From assembly GCA_016197005.1 (NCBI GenBank), contig JACPWO010000001.1, positions 218,544 to 282,543 on the forward strand: DNA of 64,000 nucleotides. The letters run 5' to 3'. Source of the DNA: Candidatus Anderseniibacteriota bacterium. GTDB lineage: Bacteria; Patescibacteriota; Andersenbacteria; UBA10190. Made by a program: the position numbers and the translations under genes. Under the pieces are notes generated by a model. It saw only the letters and a list, made by a program, of their open reading frames with translations, was not told where the DNA came from and did not search any database. Of the stretch, positions 60,526-64,000 are shown piece by piece. Positions within the stretch are counted from its first letter, which is position 1. The number at the start of each line of letters is the position of its first letter.

Positions 60526-61604
60526 TTTTTCGCAGCCAAGACGGCGTCCAAATCTGCCTTCATTGCTGCAATTTCTGGCTTGGCCATGTGCTCACGAACA
60601 GGTGCAAGTAACTGAATAAGCTCATGAGCAACGGTATTTTTTAGATCCATTGGGTGAAGGTTGCCTGTTGCATATGTCTTCTCTAGTTCTGCATAAGATG
60701 TGAATTCCAGATTACCTCCGTGCTCTTCTTTTCGCTCAATCACAAACGGTTTTGATCGATTCCAGAACAACATTGTCTTCGTCCAATTGAGAATGGGGTT
60801 ATGGTCGATCTCTTTTTCTGGTGCAAATGCTTTCTTAATCTTGTGTTCGATATCCTTCGGATCATCATGAACGAAAATAGCGGAATCTGGATTAGATTTG
60901 CTCATCTTATCCTCCTTATTCTTTCCATTCAGACTCTGCAACAGTGGATGATGAATGATGATCGGTTTTGGTTTATCTGGCGCTATCTTACTGGCAGCAT
61001 CCCGTACCACGACGTGAATCTTTCGTTGATCCATCCCCGCATGAGCAATATCTATATTCTGAAAGAAAACGTCAGCGGCTTGCATCGCCGGATACATTGT
61101 TCGAGCGTAATCTACGTCTTCTCCTGCTTCCTTCCCTGTAATGTCTATACTCCGGAGCATACGTGCTAACGTCGTATGTTGTCCGACTTTAATAACCGTA
61201 CCCCAGTAGCTTTCCGGATCTTTGTTGTACCACTCACTTGCTAAACGAAATTCGATATCTTCAGGGTTACCGCCAACTGCTACGTAACTGGCTTTCATTG
61301 CTTCCGTAAAATATCCTCGACCAATAGTGGCTGCTGTCTCACGAGTACCATCAAGTTTGTTGTTAATAGCGGAATGCCAATCTGCCAGCCATACGGTACA
61401 CTTCACACCTAAGTCAGTTAAGTCCTTCATAACGAGAGCGCTCATAATGCCTGTTCCCAAGTGAACATAGCCGGAAATTTCAAAACCAATGTAATGCGTT
61501 AGCTGACTTTCGCTCTTAAGTCGCTCTTGTAATTCCGTAGCGGTAATAATCTCGGCGTTATTACTGATAAGGCGATTTATTATTTTTTCCTTGGATTCAC
61601 CCAT
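60522..61604 (-). CDS. tyrS: Tyrosine--tRNA ligase, archaeal/eukaryotic type
   Basis: YIGFEISG.VHLG, LADWH, YPAMQAAD, GMDQRK, KMSKS, LHPMDLK; no S4 domain. Confidence 0.92.
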   Translation of the reverse strand: MGESKEKIINRLISNNAEIITATELQERLKSESQLTHYIGFEISGYVHLGTGIMSALVMKDLTDLGVKCTVWLADWHSAINNKLDGTRETAATIGRGYFTEAMKASYVAVGGNPEDIEFRLASEWYNKDPESYWGTVIKVGQHTTLARMLRSIDITGKEAGEDVDYARTMYPAMQAADVFFQNIDIAHAGMDQRKIHVVVRDAASKIAPDKPKPIIIHHPLLQSLNGKNKEDKMSKSNPDSAIFVHDDPKDIEHKIKKAFAPEKEIDHNPILNWTKTMLFWNRSKPFVIERKEEHGGNLEFTSYAELEKTYATGNLHPMDLKNTVAHELIQLLAPVREHMAKPEIAAMKADLDAVLAAKK

Positions 61605-61664
61605 ATAGAAAGTAGCGTAGCTTAGAAAAAGCCCGCGTGCCACTTCGACATGCGGGTTATGAGC

Positions 61665-62069
61665 CTAGTCTTGCCCTATTTCAAGGTGCACTTGAAGACT
61701 TTCCCAATATTCTTCAGATTCTGCCACCTGCACAGGGATCACAAGAACGGAGAAAGAATCAATGCCGATTTTTTTTGAGGAACCAATACGCGTCAATTCC
61801 TCGTCCGGACCCCAGGAAATAATTTCCTCATTGTGCACCGCAACATAATTCCCTCGAAGAGCAGCATTTCTTTCGGGGTGCGTATTGAGAAAAGTCTGGA
61901 ACCAAGCAAAGTCGTTACGTTGTCGCCGCAACATGTCGTCAGAAGATTCCCCCTCACTCTCAGTCACTTCTGGATGAACGGTTACATGGATATCAAGATC
62001 CAATAGTTTCCCCAGAGCCTGTAAGACTTGGGCTTTTTGAACGACATCTGATGATTCTCTTGTTGCCAT
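61665..62069 (-). CDS. DUF5678-like hypothetical protein
   Basis: GNYVAVHNEEII..G motif; AAGGAG SD before ATG 62069. Confidence 0.65.
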   Translation of the reverse strand: MATRESSDVVQKAQVLQALGKLLDLDIHVTVHPEVTESEGESSDDMLRRQRNDFAWFQTFLNTHPERNAALRGNYVAVHNEEIISWGPDEELTRIGSSKKIGIDSFSVLVIPVQVAESEEYWESLQVHLEIGQD

Positions 62070-62114
62070 TACGAACTCCTTGAAAGGACAAGGGAACAAA
62101 ATCTACTTTTCTTG

Positions 62115-62186
62115 AGCCACCTGTCGGATTTGAACCGACGGCCTTCACTTTACAAAAGTGTTGCTCTACCGCTGAGCTAAGGTGGC
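62115..62186 (-). tRNA. tRNA-Thr(TGT)
   Basis: GCCACCT/AGGTGGC-T; anticodon loop TT-TGT-AA. Confidence 0.95.
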
Positions 62187-62271
62187 ACTATATTTCTACT
62201 GCTACTAATCGCGTCCTTGCCTTGACAGTAACGACAAGTATACTATCAACTATTCGTCTGTAAAGACGTAC

Positions 62272-62343
62272 CCGGGGATGGCAGATCGGCTTATGCAGCG
62301 GACTGTAAATCCGCGAAGGTAGGTTCAACTCCTACTCCCCGGA
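62272..62343 (+). tRNA. tRNA-Tyr(GTA), archaeal-type identity
   Basis: CCGGGGA/TCCCCGG-A (C1:G72, A73), GCGGA-CT-GTA-AA-TCCGC, 4-nt variable loop. Confidence 0.95.
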
Positions 62344-62378
62344 CAGAAACACACGGTTCTTTGAAAACGGAGGTTCGA

Positions 62379-62849
62379 ATGCATGACTTTCGAGTTGGTA
62401 AAGTCCACTCTTTGGCAACCGACGGGGGAAAAGAGGTGATTGTTTGGAATACCAAGCTGCTGATGAGAGGGCTATTCAGTCGCCGAAAAATCCTCCCACG
62501 AGTAATACGAGCGCATTCTATATCGCAGGGACTCTCTCTTAAACCGATCCTCCTCATTGCCCACGGGACTGTTAGAAATGGGCGCTGGTACTTCAGTGAT
62601 TCGAGGAAAAGAGTTTCTTTGATACAGCGGTGGATTGATAAACATGACGGGAAGACTGGAGCACTTCTCCTTTTCAGTTGTAATCCCTCTAATCTTGAAG
62701 TCCGCTCCCGATTTTCTCTGGTTGTACATTTAAATCGGGTGGCTAGTTTATTGGACTTGTTTCGCGGTGGGTGCGTACGACTCTATCACCCACAGCTTGG
62801 TTACATTGAGGACAACTATTACCGCCTACACTCTATTATTCGCTCATAA
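62379..62849 (+). CDS. Hypothetical protein with caspase/CHAT-like HG and SC motifs
   Basis: LLIAHG ... LLLFSCN; GGAGGT SD. Confidence 0.55.
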   Translation: MHDFRVGKVHSLATDGGKEVIVWNTKLLMRGLFSRRKILPRVIRAHSISQGLSLKPILLIAHGTVRNGRWYFSDSRKRVSLIQRWIDKHDGKTGALLLFSCNPSNLEVRSRFSLVVHLNRVASLLDLFRGGCVRLYHPQLGYIEDNYYRLHSIIRS

Positions 62850-62942
62850 CCATCCAGGCAACTGTGATGGTTTTTTCTTGCCTTAAAACATGAGCAGCAC
62901 TGGATAGATACCAGCCTGCAATTCACAAAGACGTTCTAATTG

Positions 62943-63374
62943 TTACTGCCAAACCGCGAGGATAACTCCAACCGCAAGAAGCGTTACAAGGTAGTATCCA
63001 ATATTTAGTATCCAGAGCGTCCAAGACTTTCCCTCCCACAAAACTGAGCTAATTGTTATTGGCACTGCAAATCCAAGCCAACTCCAGAACCCAACCATCA
63101 GTCCCGCGGTTACACCGGTTGTTTCGGTATAGGCACTGGCAAATGTAAGTGAATGAGACAACACGTAGGCCATGAGAAATGAAGTGAGGGCAGCCATCGC
63201 GTATAACTTCCCCATCCCCTTAGCTTTTCCTTCAGCCATTTGCTCCGGGGTAAATTTCATAAGTGCAATCCATTTCTTTCCAAATAGTGGGCCGTACCAC
63301 AACGTTCCTATAACCATATTAACAACCGCTGAAGTAATAACAGCGAGATAATTTACCGGTACTTCCATTGGCAT
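62943..63374 (-). CDS. DUF1761 family membrane protein
   Basis: NYLAV...G.LWYGPLFGKKW, four TM segments. Confidence 0.88.
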   Translation of the reverse strand: MPMEVPVNYLAVITSAVVNMVIGTLWYGPLFGKKWIALMKFTPEQMAEGKAKGMGKLYAMAALTSFLMAYVLSHSLTFASAYTETTGVTAGLMVGFWSWLGFAVPITISSVLWEGKSWTLWILNIGYYLVTLLAVGVILAVWQ

Positions 63375-63460
63375 ATGAATATGACGTTTAAAAAAATTAA
63401 TGTTTATATAAAGTTATTATCAAGATAGATCGCAAGACAGACAAAAGCTAGTGAGATAGA

Positions 63461-63994
63461 ATGACCGTGTACATGCTTAAAAAATATACTCAGAATTTCT
63501 GGCACTGGTATGAGCGTAATTACAAGCTTAATGTCAGTATCTCGTCTGGATTGTTTTTATTTCAACTCATTCACCTGGTTTGGCTCACAGCTGATGTCGT
63601 CACGTTTCGTTTAGTTGGACGATCGTACTTTGAACCAACTGGGGTCTGGGAATTTCTTATTGTTTTCGTTGACTATCTAGAAATTCCCACTCTGATTAGT
63701 GTTTCCTTCATTTATATAAATGAGCTGCGAAAAAAATATAGTTTTAAAAGTTGGTTCCTTCTACTCCTCCTTAATTCACAGTGGTTTCACATCTTCTGGA
63801 TTACTGACGAAGTTGTTGAGGAAGTATTTACGGGAAGTGGTCATACGGTCCTCCCCTTTTGGGCCGCCTGGATTGCTATCCTCATTGATTATCTAGAGTT
63901 GCCGGTCATAGTTGATCTCGTCATTCGATTTGTTAAAGCAACCCGCCAACATACGGTCCAAGAGTTTATAAAAGAGGAGTTTCTGGAAGATTAA
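63461..63994 (+). CDS. Membrane protein
   Basis: TM segments with duplicated DYLE(I/L)P and QxxH motifs. Confidence 0.7.
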   Translation: MTVYMLKKYTQNFWHWYERNYKLNVSISSGLFLFQLIHLVWLTADVVTFRLVGRSYFEPTGVWEFLIVFVDYLEIPTLISVSFIYINELRKKYSFKSWFLLLLLNSQWFHIFWITDEVVEEVFTGSGHTVLPFWAAWIAILIDYLELPVIVDLVIRFVKATRQHTVQEFIKEEFLED

Positions 63995-64000
63995 GGCGGA

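Overview
Bacterial chromosome segment (genetic code 11) with the gene content and compact style of a CPR/Patescibacteria (Parcubacteria-like) genome; the taxonomy is inferred. Housekeeping genes include aspS, the CIRCE-controlled hrcA-grpE-dnaK-dnaJ cluster, cysS, dnaB, recR, rplU, lexA, rmuC, sodA, mraZ-rsmH-ftsL-ftsI, rplJ-rplL, mltG, rpmG, mscL and six tRNAs. Main points of interest: (1) a ~490-nt, highly structured, unannotated non-coding transcription unit upstream of aspS with a consensus promoter and terminator; (2) a sortase near two tandem Thr-Pro-stalk/DUF11 surface proteins ending in a non-canonical VP(V/I)TA(R/K)TG sorting signal; (3) a stand-alone histone-fold gene; (4) an archaeal-type TyrRS beside a C1:G72, short-variable-loop tRNA-Tyr; (5) an HTH/LAGLIDADG-like gene between rpmG and tRNA-Trp, preceded by a perfect 32-bp palindrome; (6) many apparently leaderless genes contrasting with a class of orphan genes carrying boxA-like plus Shine-Dalgarno leaders; (7) a nucleotide-sanitation gene cluster and a fatty-acid desaturase. 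No CRISPR array, transposase, integrase or rRNA was seen. All family calls are by motif recognition, not database search.
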